From Selaginella moellendorffii (Eukaryota > Plantae > Lycopodiophyta), in NCBI RefSeq assembly GCF_000143415.4, contig NW_003314279.1, positions 2,242,541 through 2,306,540 of the forward strand: a stretch of DNA of 64,000 nt, given 5' to 3'. Positions 24,571-39,262 of the stretch are shown here, piece after piece. The notes under the pieces were generated by a model, which was not told where the DNA came from, searched no databases, and worked only from the letters and a program-made list of their open reading frames with translations. Position 1 is the first letter of the stretch, and every line of letters starts with the position of its first letter. Position numbers and translations under genes: made by a program.

Positions 24571-27500
24571 AATTAAGCAAAATATGTGTTTGTATCCATC
24601 ACTTTGAAGATGGCATGTGTTCATATAATGATTATTGATGATATATAAGAAACAAAATCTAGACTATAAATGAGAAACTTGCAAATATATTAATTTCAAA
24701 AGCTAGATTGAATCAGTGAACAAAAAAGTCATTTTGGAAAACCTTCCTATGACCTCTTTTTACTTTTATTTTTTCTCTTGACACAAACAAATGAGAAGTA
24801 AAATTCTCAAACTTCTACACTACCAACTTTAAATGATGTTTATGGCTTCCATTCATTAGATCCTTGCCATTGTTGGTAGCTAAAGCAAATAATGGAAGAG
24901 CAAGATTAACAATTCCAACTTAGAAGATAGAAGCTAACCTAGTTTTGCATAGAGTTGTAGAAGGCTAACAAAACTTTAAGGACAATTATAATGTTACAAC
25001 ATAAAAGCATATATTTGTAAAATAAATCATTTTTTAACTAATAATTACCCAGCTGATGCTAGGCAGTTTATGTCATTTCTAAAGGCTTATTGAGGTTAGC
25101 TGTGTTTGCTATTTGATCAAATATGCAATTGAAAGATTTTTTAATTAAGACTTTTATTGAGACCACTATCTCTACATCATCTAGAACTTGCTTAATTTGT
25201 TGTTTCAAAGAGAAATTATGTTGGCAATGATTGATTATTATTTTCTACATGGTCTTCAAACTCTAAATTAGAGCCACTAGTTGTCATAGCCATCATAAAG
25301 AGGTCCTAAATTAAGAAGCTGATTAAATCATAGCAAGCTCTACTTTTTTGCATTTAGTACATGCATTTGTGTGGGCAATTTTATAATCATCTCGCTATCA
25401 CTCTACTTTAAGTCTTGGAATTACCTTAAGCGTGCCTAAAAATTCCATCAAAGATTTATCATAAAAACATTGTGAATGCTATCACACTCTAATGATCTTA
25501 AGGCTGAGAAGAATAGTCAGTGAGTCATTATATGCAACCTTAAGCCTGAAACTAGCCTTTTGCAATGGCCTTTTGACGAGCTTGAGCATTGTGGGGAATT
25601 GGGATAATTTAATCGATTTGACATCACTTATTTTTTCAAGCATAAATATCAACATATTGATCTTGGCACTTGTAACACATGTAATCATGGGATGAGATTT
25701 GGATATACTATCACTATAGATCTTTGAAATCATGGGATAAATGAGGATAAAATAGCCACTAAAAATTCTCTTATCAAGAAATTACCCTTTTGTTAATTGG
25801 CTTAAGGGAAGAAATAGGGGGTATTAGAGCAAATAACATGAGTTCAATTCATATTAATTAGTGGCTATTTAAAATAATATACCCTTGAGCAAAGTATATT
25901 TCTAAATTTAAAATTGTATGCATTGGGCATTTATGCATATGTTTTTCCTTCAGTGGAGCATCTATTGATGAAGGTATTTATTGTAAGACTACAGTAACGT
26001 AGCTTATGTGATCATGATGAAATCCCATGAGATTTTTTACCCTTTATTCTATAATACATTACTATAAGACAATTACAGTTTTGCTATGGAATCCCACAAG
26101 AGTTTTTACCCTTCATTCTATAGTTTATTACTATAAGACAACTATAGAGCAAAACCTAACTATTTAGCTTAATATAGAACTTGAGCTTAGACCTAAGTCA
26201 GATGTAAGACAAAAATAAACACACCCAACAAAGAGCCAAACATCTCAAATTGGTTAGCATCTAACCTACCTACTACCCTTTCTATACAATTGAACCCCCT
26301 CTTTCCCTCCACATGAATGCTTTATGCTTTCACCCTAATCCCATGAGATAGTCTCTAGGACAAAGTTGAAAACTTACTAAACATTTTTTATAAATAGTTA
26401 ATAGAACTTACATATATAGGGCATGATAGTAAGGATGTTTTGTGGATACAATAACTTATCATATAGTGAATTTTGAAGAATTAGGCTTAATATTAGTAAG
26501 TGGAAGCCAACAAATGAATTTCTCTAAGCATGTTAAATATATTTGACTAATAGCACAAAGGGATTCCATCCTTATACTCTTTTGGTCAAATGCACATATA
26601 AAGGCTAACTTCTCAACTAGCTTGGGTGAAAATTGATAAAGAGAACTAATAATATTAACATCTTGTTGTTATGGCAGTAAGAGAAGAATTTCCAAAAAGA
26701 CTCACTAATTGGTAATTTTTGATACCTACAGTTATATTTGTAATAGAAGAGCTACAAACTTAACATTTATAATTGAGCATTTTATACATTAAAATCATAA
26801 TGCCATTCTTCCCACTCCAATACTAGAACTTTAGAGAAGGTGTAGCATGAATCACCACTCTCAAGTGACCAAGAAAACAATGTATAAACCAACCTCTCCA
26901 AGTCTAACTCTCACTTCTCACAAAAAATGAAACTCTCTCACAAAAAAGAGAGGGAGAATAAGTTATTAGTGTTACAACTTTTGTGATTGATCAATGCCTT
27001 TCACTCATAATACCATTCATCTCAATAGTATTATTCCTCTCACAATCAATTACATAATTAATATGGGTGGCTCTTTAAAATTTTCATATATCTCTAGATT
27101 CTAAATGGTTGTATATTTTGTTAAAATAATTAGCTTGTCCTTTGCAAGGACATAGCTAATTAAAGTTCATAATATAAAAAATATCTTTGTTCTTTTTTAT
27201 CAATTTCTCCATAAATTTTACCTAAGTGCTCAAGCATATGAAAGAATTTTACTTGAAGTTCGATCGAAAGCTTCCAATTATTTTCTCTAAGAGTGTTATA
27301 TGAGAAATTTTCCTTTGTAGAAGATTCAAATTAAAATTGGGACTAGTTAGTCTGGAGAATATATGTTATGATAAGGGTAATTAAGTAAAAAAATCCATTC
27401 TTCTCAACACGGGAGAGAATGGGATTTAGTGGGATCTCAATAGATGTATAAGTTAGGAGATTTTAATTATAGGATCTTTGAAGCAAGAGAAGAGTATGTC

Positions 27501-27639
27501 AATTTCATAGTCAATTATGCAAGGAGTGAAGGAGGAAGTTATTATTCTCTCAAGTGACAAAAATAAAGAAGATGAACATTTAGACATAATGAATTAAAGA
27601 GAAAATATCCTTTTGATTATATTCATGGGAGCTTATTTA

Positions 27640-28260
27640 TTGGCTAAGTGACTTTAAATAGTTAACATCCTTTCATTTTTAAGATATAAACTCTTGATTC
27701 TGAATATAGACCTTGTATAATGAATGAATATGGATGGAGACTAGGACTTAACTAATTCTTGGATCCATTTTGACCATATAGAACGAGTTTCAGGTTGGTC
27801 AATTATGAAAGCCCATGTTTATGATCACGAGTAAGTGGCTTTTAATTTTTCAAGGATTCCATATTGGTTTTTATTATATCCATTCTTTCTATAGGTTGCA
27901 GTACAATTTGACCATACCTTCAATTGAATTTAAGGCCTAGGATTTGCAAACTCAAAACATCTTTTAGACTTATATATTCGAGGTTGTTGAATAGTGAACA
28001 AGGAAAAACCCAACTTCCATGGTTTATGGTAAATGCTACTAGTGCTAATTAGTTGATTGTGTGGTAAATGTTTAGAAGTGATAAAAGTTAGCCATTACAA
28101 GGTAGAGAGAAGAGTTATAAATTTTATTAGGCAAAGAGTGTTAACGAACATTGCTAATGTATTAAATTCGACTTTTATAATGAGTTCAAGCAGCTTTGTC
28201 AAAAGTGAATAAATGCACCAATTAAAGAGGAGCATAAAGAAAAGGCAAATGAGATGTGCT
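27640..28260 (+). pseudogene. Relic of a MULE transposase of the same family as element B
   Basis: Translates to DLTNSWIHFDHIERVSGWSIMKAHVYD, matching DLANAWVHFDHMERVSGWTTMGAHVYD in ORF 41507-42871. It has the same intron position and a downstream GRER motif. Confidence 0.8.
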
Positions 28261-28399
28261 TACCAGGATCAGACTACACCATGGTGCCTTCCAATAAAGA
28301 CTAGTTTCAACACTACTTCCTTAAATGCTTCATATAATGACTTTTTTTTTTCTTTGTAATTGTAAGACCATGGCCATTGTGAAGTAGTCTCTTGCTTGC

Positions 28400-28925
28400 T
28401 AGGGAGGGCTGCAAAGGGTTCTAAAAGTATAGTAAAGAGAGTATGGAGTTTGGACTTCAGTGGAACCAATTTGGTTAGGAAAGGATAGTGTGACCCAAGA
28501 AGGTTACATCCACATGGTGGGTGATGATATAACCATTGAGGAGTCCAAGACTAGAGTAAACACAGATGGACAAGTGGGGTGGCTTAATGAAATATTCAAG
28601 AGTTAGCTTTAGCTCCCTTGAGAGATCAAATGGTTAATGCTCCCAATCAAATGTCAGTGGCACTACTTACTTGGATATCTAACATGGCTCATCAAAACCT
28701 CACTCTAGCCACATGGCTAGGGCATCTAGAGGTGGAAGGTTGGGGGAGAGGAGTAGTCCTCTTGTATAGTGACTGGTCATATGGGAAGGAAGTCCCAAGC
28801 ATTCGAGCCTTGACCTAGTGGCGGTGTTGGCAAGCAATACCATGAATAGAGAAGGATTTAGTGGAAACCAAAGAAGGGATATTAGGGAAGGGTGTTCTCT
28901 GTGTCCTTGGGCATCCTAAGGATGT
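28400..28925 (+). repeat. Fragment of the second LTR family
   Basis: Matches 21760-22320. Confidence 0.7.
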
Positions 28926-29259
28926 GTACCACACCTGAATTTGGAGCTGAACTCTAAGCCTGTTGTGCTACAAAATAAGGGTCTGATACAATCTCATGAG
29001 CATTAGCTCCTCGTATTTAGCACTTGCATGCAAAACAGTGTCAAATGGTGTTTAGTATGATTTTGGCATACTTGTGGTTTAATGCAAGAAGGGTACCCCA
29101 CTGACTAAAGTAGTGTGGAGCTTTGGCTTAGACCTAAGCCGGATGCAGAACAAGAAGTAATACAGCTCAGCAAAAGCCAAGTTAATATCTCAGGTGGTTG
29201 AATATACATTTCAATCACTATCCCTACTATACATTTAGAACCCCCTATAGCCCCCCCAA

Positions 29260-29620
29260 AACCATAGTAACCAAAATAAAGGTCAATCTTGGAAAAGAAC
29301 TTGGTGGTGCCAAGCTTGCTTAGAAGCTCATCTACCTTGGGAATAGGGAATTTGTTCTTGACGGTTATCCTATTAAGGGCCTTGTAATCCACCACCAATC
29401 TCCATGAACCATGCTTCTTAAGAACAAGAGGCACAGGAGATGCAAACGGACTATTGCTTTCCTCCACCAACCCTTCCTATTGTAATTCCTCCACCATGGT
29501 ATCAACAATGGCTCATTCCTCCCTACTCAGATGAATTATTAGAGAGTTAACTGCGATAGAGTGCGGTTCTAACTCAATCTGATATGTGATCCTGGTGACT
29601 TCACTAGAACAATTACTAAT
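29260..29620 (-). pseudogene. Gypsy reverse transcriptase N-terminal fragment
   Basis: SNSPFASPV.LVLKKHGSWRLVVDYKALNRITVKNKFPIPKVDELL...FFSKIDL. Confidence 0.85.
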
Positions 29621-29981
29621 CTTTCGAGTGAAAACATGGGCATGCTAGATCACCATTGCCTTGATATCTGCATGCATGGAGGAAGACTTTATGTCTGTCA
29701 CTGCCTCCTCCACCTCGACTAATGAGAACACTTCCCCCTTCCCATAAAGATTTGAATTGAGTTGCCTGTCACTAGCAACCAAATTCATTGCACTACCACT
29801 TTCTTTGCTGATTTCTTCAAGTGCAGTCTTGAGCTTATTCAAGTCCCTTTTGCTTTTTTCACAATGTTGTCCTGCTTTCTTCACACTCGGACTTGAAGCT
29901 TGAGCTAGAAACCCGCTACTTTCTTCATAGTGTTGTCCTACTTTCTTCACACCTGTCTCTAGCTACTTGCCTGGACCCCTA

Positions 29982-32300
29982 TGTAAGCCATGAATTTTTC
30001 CTTTCCAATTTCTTAGCTTACTTCGTTTGTTCGACTACCACGGTTTTGGCCTTAGTTAAGTTCCTTCACCAAGGTTCCCACCTATTGTATCAGCTCCTAC
30101 TTGGTCTTATTTGGTTTTAATAACTCACTACACGAGTAATGGAGCATCAGCCATCCATCCACGGATTCCCAAATTCTCTCCCAATCCCCCTCCCCGAGTT
30201 AGACTAGACTTAAAGTTTCGGCTACATTCCCTATAGGCACAAGCAGACAAGCACACCAAGCCTCCAAATTCCTAACATCCCTTGGTACAACAAAACTTGA
30301 TCATAAGACCTTTTAAATCCCAAGCCTTGTGTGCAACACTTGCTTCGGGATACCAAGGGGAAACACCATAGCTTAATAGCTCGGTATGGGTACCCTTACT
30401 CCTCCACTTCCATCCCAAAGAAAAAGCATAAGCCCCTAGGAAGGTGAGGACCAATGAGCTGCAAAGTACTCAAGTGGAGCACCCCTCCCCATGAGTCAGA
30501 AGCCCTACAATTAGTTTCCCTTTAGGGAGTGGGAGTTGCTTTTAAACACTTCCTTGGGGGGCCCCTTTGGCCCCCCCCGAGTCCATGCTCACTCCCCCCC
30601 AAGGCCCTTAAGCCCTAGTTTCAACCTCAAATCAGTTTGGAAACCCCATTCCAAAGTTCCTTCAAGACTAGTTTTGGGACCCCCCTATCCTTACTATACT
30701 TTGGGAACCCCCTAAAGCCCCCGGCCCCCCCCCCCCCCCCCAGGAGACACACACTTTGGGTGATTAGTATTAATATTAGACACACCCCATGATTTGTATT
30801 AGTATTTAGACTTGGTCTCAGATTTGACCTCGAACTCAGTCTCAAACTTGACCTTGGACTCAATCTCGAACTCGGTCTTGGACTCGATCTCAGACCCGAT
30901 ATTGATCCCGACCTTGAACTCTATCTCAGACTCAATCTTAGATTTGGTCTTGGACCTGATTTTGGATCTCAGACTCTGTCTCGAACTAGGTCTTGGACTC
31001 GGTCTTGAACTCGGTCTCGGAGTCAGTTTCAAACTCGATCTTGGACTCAATCTCGAACTCGATCTCAGAGTTGGTCTCAGACTCGATCTGGGACTTAGTC
31101 TCATCTAATGAACTCTTTATCATTTTGGTCGTGTTTTCGGGGATCCTTCAGCCTACAACACTTTGGGGAGTTGGTTCCTTACAACTCCATCACCCATAGA
31201 AGCAGTTCGATGCTCATATCAAAGGTCTCTTTTTAATCATACAACTTGTTGACCATGTCTCTAGGGGCATCCCCCCACTTACCAGTATGCTTAAGTTAGC
31301 CTCCCTAGCCAAGAGCCCATGATAACAGAGTATAGGTGTCCTTATGCCCCTCACCTCACCATGCCCTAGTATGGGGTTGGGACTTGAACCCAACCTTGCT
31401 TTACAAGAGGGTTGGGACTCAAACCCAACCTTTGTAGGATATGTCTACAGATTCAACATCTCTATAGAGAGTGGGCATAGTTCCCTATGCTTGGTCAACC
31501 TAGCTAACCCATGCTAATTAGCTTACCTTTAGCATGCCTTCGGGTCCCAATATGTGACATTACTCAATTTCTCAAATAGATTCTTTAATTGAATTTTGCA
31601 TAAGGATATAGCATTTTGCTTTACAAAAATTCCTCCACTAAATCTTATACGTTCGCTAGATTCTCCTTTGGCCCATGTTGTTTCACAGTGTGGAAATCCT
31701 TTCCACTTCACATAAAACTCCCTCACCTCGTGTCCTTGTTACTTGCTCTTGTGCGCATTGAAGATGGCTTTGACTTCATATTCCTCTTCCCCTTGTATAA
31801 CCTTAGGTAGAGGCTACTAGCTTAGTCCTTTGCAATCGGATCCCAAAATATNNNNNNNNNNNNNNNNNNNNNNNNNNNNNNNNNNNNNNNNNNNNNNNNN
31901 NNNNNNNNNNNNNNNNNNNNNNNNNNNNNNNNNNNNNNNNNNNNNNNNNNNATTATCTGGAAAAGGCACTCAAGATCAGTTCACTTCCAAGAATATATGC
32001 ATTTTACCTTTGGGTCAACTTCCGACTGATCCCATTTGGTAACTTTAGGTTTTTGGTGTTTAGCCACACCTTATCCCCAGGTTGGAACTCTACATCCCAA
32101 CACTTCTAGTTTGCATATTTGGTTTACCTTTGTTGAGCTCGTTTCACGAAATCCCTTACTAAATTCCAAATGTTGAGTCTTTTTGTTGTGAACGCCTCCA
32201 CTGCAAGTAACTCTCCACGATACTAGACCACGCCGAGTTCTATAAGACCTTTAATAACTTGCCCATTGATAACTTCCCATAGATTCATCTCGATACTCGA
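29982..32300 (-). mobile_element. 3' part of a second copy of the chromovirus: complete 3' LTR (29982-31183), PPT, chromodomain and integrase C-terminus; spans an assembly gap
   Basis: Reverse complement matches 8520-10326 and 1829-2893. Chromodomain EFYVKWKGFPHCETTW. N-run at 31852-31951. Confidence 0.88.
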
Positions 32301-33524
32301 TAGTTAGACATGTATTCCAACCATTATCCCTATTATACATTTGGAACCCCCCATAGGCCCCCCCTCCCCCCCCTATAGCCCTCCAAATGATCAAAGGTGT
32401 GATTAAATATTTAAAGTAGAATGGAAAAATTAGTTGCTTATAACTTAGTATTAGAGCTATTTTATAATTTGACTTTTATTGAAGGTTAAATACATTATCA
32501 TTTACCTAGGAGTAGGGCTATATTTGAGGAGTTATATGTCACAAGGGTGTAGCTCTCCACTTTAGTTGATATGTGAGCTTATAGGCAATATGGTGGATAG
32601 ACAAGGGCCATTAGAAAAATGATTTTGAGATCTTGAGAACAATAAAAAAATTTCCTCAAAAAGTTAAGGATGTAATTCATATAAACGTTTAACTTAACAA
32701 ACTAGCAAATATGGTTGTGGTAAACAATTATAGTTGGGATCATAGAAAGGATAAAGACTTCTAAATGAAAAAAGAGTTAAATGATTATCCACATATAATT
32801 AAGGATGGTGCTCATGAATTTGAGACTAGAGTTGATAATTGATAACCATAGAAGGTCAATTATGGATTAGGAGATATGCCTTTAAACTAGTAGCTAGGGC
32901 TACCTTTAATAAATGCCGGAACAACCCAAGGAGTTGAGGGTGTACTCAAAGGATGAGTTGGTGTTTTCATCATATAGAAGGATAGTTTTAAGGGGTAGAA
33001 GTAGCCCACTTGGAATAAAAGATGATCAAATGTCAAAGTAACACTTGCAAAGACAATTTTTATGAAGAGGACATTAATACAGGAAGTTGTATTCAAGTGT
33101 GGTGACACCTAAAAGTAGCCAATGAAGTTAGGACCTTAGAGGATGTCAAATCAATAAAGTCCAGAGGTTAAATGAATTAGTGGAGTCAAGGGATAATTCT
33201 AAAGGCCTGAAGGAAACACATTTGGACAAAAGTGTGTTGTACCTTGTGAAGGACTAAAAGGAGCATGAAATCCAAGTATGAGAACAATGGGTATTTCATT
33301 GATGGCAAAAGGTGCCACACTAAAATAGTGAAAAGGTGTTCACAAAGAAAAGCAACTTTGGTGAAGAGTTGTGGGTGAACACTATAAAGTCGTGCTAACT
33401 AATAGCTGGCACAAGAAGTGCTTACTATAATCTTGGCAAGACCTAAACATAAATAGGAACTTTTGTGAGGGTAAGCTCATAGAGCTGATGGTGTGAAGAC
33501 ACTAAATGTCTCAAGGGAAGATGC

Positions 33525-34908
33525 TGTAAATGACTAAATTTTCCATTTTACTTTAATAATTTAACCACATCTTTGACCACTTGTAGAGGTTTCATTCACC
33601 ACCTCTATAAATCCTATTCTTAACTTAGGACATGTTAGCCCTATGAATAGTATTTATACCACTTAGTCTTTGCATTTGGTCTAAGTGTTCCACATGTCTG
33701 ATCCCATGACTGACACCCAAAGGTACTATCAACATATCAACCTATTACACTAAAGCTATACCTATTCACCTTTGTCACCCTAATGGAACAAAACCATCTA
33801 CATCACAATCCCATCTCTCAAAGTCTGGGCCATTTGTCCATGAGTGGTCATCCTATGACCACACCTTAGCATCCTTAGGATGTTTGAAGCATGAGGAACA
33901 CTCTTCTATAATATCCTTTCTTCAGTTCCCACCAAATCTCCATTCACAGCTGTGCTTGCTAACATTGCCACTAAGTCAAAGTTTGACGACCTAACCACTA
34001 AGTCCCATTGACCTTTAGGACTTTCTCACCATATGACTATATCCTTAGTCACTACAGAAGAAGATTATTCCTCTTCCTTTCTATAGTCCGGGATTTTGGG
34101 ATAACATTTCAAAAAACCATGGCCCTACGTGAGCCTCGTGGGTCCACCTTTTGCCTTTGGGTGCCCATGGCTAGAACAAGGTTTCAATGAGCCACGCCAG
34201 ATATCCAAGTAGGTAGTGCCACCCACATTTGGATTGGGAGCATCAACCATTCAATCTCCCAAGGGAGCTAGAGTTAACTCTCTTGAACACTTCACCTTAT
34301 CTGTTTGTATTCACTTTAGTCTTAGACTCCTCAGTAGATATATCATCACCTAACATATGGGTATAACGTTTTTAGGTGACACTAGCCTTTCTTGGCTAAA
34401 CTGGCTTCACTGGAGTCCTCTCCTTACTATACTTTTGGAACTCACCAAAACCTCATAGGGTTTAAGAGATGATCACTTTGGGCTTTCACCCACGGACTTG
34501 GACTCGCTTTGGGCTTTCACCCTCAGATTTAGACTCAGACTCGGACTCAGACTCGAACTCAGACTCAGTCTCGAACTCAGTCTCAGTCTCGGTCTCTTTC
34601 TCAGCCTTGACCTACTCCATCTCAGGTCCATCTCGGACTTGACCTCAGATTCCATCTCAAGTCCGTCTCGGACTCGTTCTTGACACTTTTATATATCAGT
34701 CCTTCTTATGTCCCTTTTTAGAGACTTATTCACCAATTACTTTGTGCTCATCCTTCGAACACTTTGTTTGAAGTTCCACTCCCACTCTCGACTTTCCAAG
34801 TCGAAGTGTTTGGTCCAAACATGTTATGCTTGTTGGATTTCCACTTCAACCACTACCATATGGCACCCTTTCTACTCCACTTTGGAGTTTAGGGATTTGT
34901 GTCTCGCA
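33525..34908 (-). mobile_element. Solo LTR (second family, old copy)
   Basis: TG...CA ends and TSD GATGC/AATGC. The flanks rejoin to match 24385-24430. Confidence 0.85.
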
Positions 34909-35718
34909 AATGCTTTAAGGTCAAATTGGTTAGTTCATGATAACCTCTTGCCAAAGGAACCCCAATGGAAATGGGGTTGATATATCTTAAGCTGGTAGGT
35001 ATAGGATTTGAATGCTTTGATTAAAAATTTATGGAGGTGTGGAAGCATTGGCAATGAGTTATAGGGCATGATAATTATGAAGCAACCAAACAAAAGGTTT
35101 TGAGTTGGAATGGTGAGAGCTAATTTCCTAAGACCGCTTGTTAAAATAAGGAGGCTAGATATATCCTCTAGATTGTGATGTAGTGAATTAATGTTGTAAA
35201 AAGAAATACTCATTATCAAAAAAGTCCATTATTGAGACACCTAAGCACTCTAAAATACTTAAAAAGTGGTGTTTAGTATCATAGAGGCATTAGATAAAGC
35301 ACAAAGGATTAGGTCCATAAAGAATAATGGATAGAAAGTGCTACAAAAACTAAAGATAAGCTAGGTCCATTAATCCTAAGTGGATAAAGCCAAAAAGGAT
35401 TTTAGCATGATTAGCAATTGGTATATAAGGACTTATGAATAGCAAATGTTAATCTTGGTATATGAAACTACAAGGTGAGCATGTCCTGATTGAGGAACTA
35501 CTCTCTAAGGTATTGAGTAAATTCATCCCTAATAATACTTGCTAAGGCATGGTAAAAAGTGCAAAGTTACTTTTTTAGTTTGGAAGAGAATAATCGAAGG
35601 GAATATATAAAGCCAAAGAGCAAATAATAAATAAATGGAATTAAATCATAGGAATCGAAAGGCATAGCCAAAGATGGTTATGAAAGTTAAGAGTGTAAAA
35701 TCAAGTGGGTGTTTAAGG

Positions 35719-36315
35719 TGTAACGCTTCTGAGTTTGGACTTCCTGGGAGGTCACCCAGCCCAATACTATTCAAACCCAAGAACGCTTAACTCCAACTAT
35801 CCCAAAACCCTTAACCGATTGGAAAAGGGGGTACACTCTTATTCATAGGCCCTTTCCCTCTATATTTGAACCCTTATGGATTGTCTCTCGAGTCGTTTTC
35901 TTTGGTTGCTTACAATCCACCACGCTTCCCTACAAGTTCACGCCCTCGTGAACGGAAGCTGAGAGTCGTAGCTCTCCCGAGAGCCCCGCTCTCTTGACAC
36001 CCTACCCCTCGGGTCGAGCCCAGCAGGAGCAAATTGGACCAGCCAGATGTCAATCAACATGTGGTGTGATTCCCCTAGCCAACCAACAGAGTCGGACCCA
36101 AGACCCTCTCTGATACCAAATGTAATGCTCCTGAGTTTGGACTTCCGGGAGGTCACCCAGCCCAGTACTATTCAAACCCAAGGACACTTAACTCCAACTA
36201 TCCCAAAACCCTTAACCGATTGGAAAAGGGGGTGCACTTTTATTCATGGGCCCTTTCCCTCTATATTTGAACCCCTATGGATTGTCTTTCGAGTCGTTCT
36301 CTTTGGTTGCTTACA
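35719..36315 (-). mobile_element. Cassandra-type TRIM with 5S rRNA-derived LTRs
   Basis: ~195-bp LTRs at 35719-35914 and 36121-36315, TG...CA, TSD TAAGG/TAAGA, PBS TGGTATCAGAG (36108-36118, minus). The LTR minus strand reads AGTTAAGCGTTCTTGGG...GGGTGACCTCCCAGGAAGTCC, the 5S A-box/C-box region. Confidence 0.9.
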
Positions 36316-37339
36316 TAAGAGTGTTATTATTGGTAACTATGATATCATAAAAAGTCTAAAGTATAGAATTGTCCATGTTAAACCATATAGTAGTTAAAAA
36401 GCTTGCAAAAGAAAAAGCCTTAACAAGCTAAGAAATAAAATCCCTTTAATGTTTTTAAAGATAATTTTGGATATTTGAGAAGGGTTATATATAAAATTTA
36501 TGAACGTTATCCTTGTCAAATTTTACTTCAAAGTTATTAATGTTTCTTTCTTTAATTAGGTATTTGTATTTATGATTTTGAATAAAACCATTATCTTTGC
36601 CAATCAATCATTTGTATAAACCTTAATAGTAAGTTAGTGAGATACCTTAATCAAATTATTTATCTCCTCATAAGCATGAGGGAAATTTCAACCCACATAT
36701 CTATGAAATACAAATTGAAAATTTTATAAAAGTTAAAATATTAACATTTGAACTCACAAATCTATGAAATACATATAAAAGAAATTATAAAAGTCAAAAT
36801 ATTGATCTACTTATCAACTTTATCCTTCTATTAATCTTGAAAATACTTGATAAATGCTATTTAATTTTGAAAATTCACCTCAAAATGTTTGATAAATTAC
36901 TTAATCTTAGCTCATATAATAGTATTATTATAAAAAGCTTGAATTAAATGGTATATAATATTTTCAAAATATTTCCATATTTCCCCATAATTTCACTTTA
37001 CAAATAATATGTTTGAGAAAGTTCCTCTTTACATGCCAAATACATAATTAAATTTGACAATCAAATGTAGCTGTATGTAAAAGCAAAATGAAATTAAATT
37101 ATAGCATATTAAATTAATTACCCTAAAGCATTAATCTCCACTTTCACATCATCAATTAATGGTTTTCCAATCTGATATGTGTTCAGAAACTTAATTCTTA
37201 AGAGTTGTCATTCAATAGGAATTGTAAATTATCAAAGATAAAATAAATGAAAGCTTTACTTTATAGCAATTACTTTCAAAAGTTTATTTTTCCTGAATCA
37301 TAGACATATATAACACTTCATCATTATACAGATCCAGTG

Positions 37340-37748
37340 GCACTTTCCAGACAAATCCACCCCCATTGCAGTGTTTCTACACTCTAGTTCCCTTTTCCAA
37401 GCAAAGTGCTAAGAGAATCTTAGATGCTCCAGTAAGAGGATTCCATACTATAAGATCTTTCCCTTTCACCCCAAGTAACAAACCACTGCTAGCATTTAGA
37501 ACATAATCCATGTCATGCTCCATAGCAACCCAGCTTGCTTCTTGTCCCACAAAGCGGTTGCATCTGTAAAGAAACCTTTGGCACATATACTCTAGACCCA
37601 AAACATGAGGACTACGATTCAAGTGGTGTGTGTAGTGAAGAGCTGCAACGGGTGTCTCTATGAGATCCTTCCATGCCTTGCACGCGGCTCTCATGCGGAA
37701 GTGTAAAATAGCTGTTGGCACCTCCCCATTTTCATTTTCTGTAGCCAA
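37340..37748 (-). pseudogene. F-box protein fragment
   Basis: FRMRAACKAWKDLI (F-box end), ASSGLL and LIVWNPLTG motifs. Truncated. Confidence 0.7.
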
Positions 37749-38143
37749 TTTTAAACCTAGTCTTAAGTGTTCTATAACGAAAAACCCTAAAGAAGGTTCA
37801 GCAGGGATGAAGGCCGCTGCTCATCCATCCATGACACTGATCAAGAATGCAAGGTGCCCGAGGAGAGCGCCAGTAGCAGCGAAGATCAGCACAGGTGAGA
37901 GGAAATCTCTCTCCACATTCCTGGAATTTGAGCCTAAGATTTACAGCTGTGGAGAAGCATGAAGCTGTGATGAAGTAGGCAATGTTTTCTCTCTTCGTTT
38001 ACTCGTGCCTTTGATATCTTCTCGCTGGCGAGCTCCCAGATACACCAAGAAATTTGCTTAGCAACATTGTCGAAAGATCTTCCAGATCCAAAGTTATAAC
38101 TTTTCTATGTTGCAAGAGTCTGATCTCATTCACGTTTTGGCAG

Positions 38144-38578
38144 CTCGATCCAGATGTCCAAGCTGCATTTGCTGTGGCCTTCGACAACATCTATAAATTT
38201 CTCGCATGGCAGAAAACTCAAGAGCTTGAAGTGGAAACCATGCCTGATAACTTGGAGCTTTCATGATAAATGCTTACTCCCCAGCTGTTCTAGGGAGTTA
38301 AATGCCGGCAAGTTGTGAGGAGTATTGACGCTGCCGGCCTTTATGTTCCTGGATCAACAGCACTTATGCTAGCAGTGGTACGTCATGTCTTTCACTGATC
38401 TTTCTTCTTAAAGCTGCGAGATTAATAGCCTGAAAGTATTGCCGGATGTGAGACCATTGTTCTTGCGACTCCACCATGGTCAGTCCGGTTCAATTTGTTC
38501 AATTTGAAAGTATTTTTTCTCTCTTGTTGCATATACTCATTTTTGGAACTGTTTAGGCTGTAGCTGCCATGGCATGAG
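38144..38578 (+). pseudogene. HISN8: Histidinol dehydrogenase pseudogene, part left of element B
   Basis: Exons translate to LDPDVQAAFAVAFDNIYKF, GVKCRQVVRSIDAAGLYVPG-STALMLAV, IAGCETIVLATPP and AVAAMA. Confidence 0.9.
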
Positions 38579-39262
38579 GGGCGCGGACCATACTTGAGCT
38601 CACGAGTTGAAGAGTTGAGCTCACGAGTTGAGCTCAATTTTCAATTGTAATTTAGTACAAACATTATAAATTTTAAAATTTTAAGGTTATGGTGAACCTA
38701 ATAATTTAATAACTCTCTCTATATTATATAAATAAAAATGTTCTAAAGAACACTTTTTGTTCTAATAATTTACATGCAATGATAGGGACATTTGTTAGAA
38801 CATAAAATAAAATGTTTGCAAAAAGAGTATTCTTGTCACTTCTTTAAATTTGTACTCTATGCTTTTTGGCTAGTAAATGTTAGGTTTGTCAGAATTAAAA
38901 AATTATTAAATTTGAAATAAGATTCTATGTAAAGCCATATAACCGTTTGAAAGGAAAAAAAATAACCGTTGATGTAAGCTTATTGCATATAAAAGAAAGA
39001 CTTGGTTCTTTGTAGAATACATTCTTGAGGGGTTTGTCGTAGCATACTATCTAGAATTTATAGATTTTCATTCACACTCTCATTCGAAAAAAGGGAAATA
39101 CACCCATAAATGTCTATGGGTTCTAGTGCTGGTAATTTTAACTCTCACAATCTTTCTTCCCAAGGTTCAAGGGTTAAGAGATGCAATAACTATCCCATTG
39201 CATAGCATAACCAAATCACACAAGAGAATGAAAAAGAGGATAGTGAGGATAGTGATCATGAG

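Noticed and set aside
31830-32042. ORF spanning the N run
   Set aside because: Assembly gap artefact.
35725-35795. 5S rRNA gene
   Set aside because: Only a partial 5S-like segment, duplicated inside TRIM LTRs.
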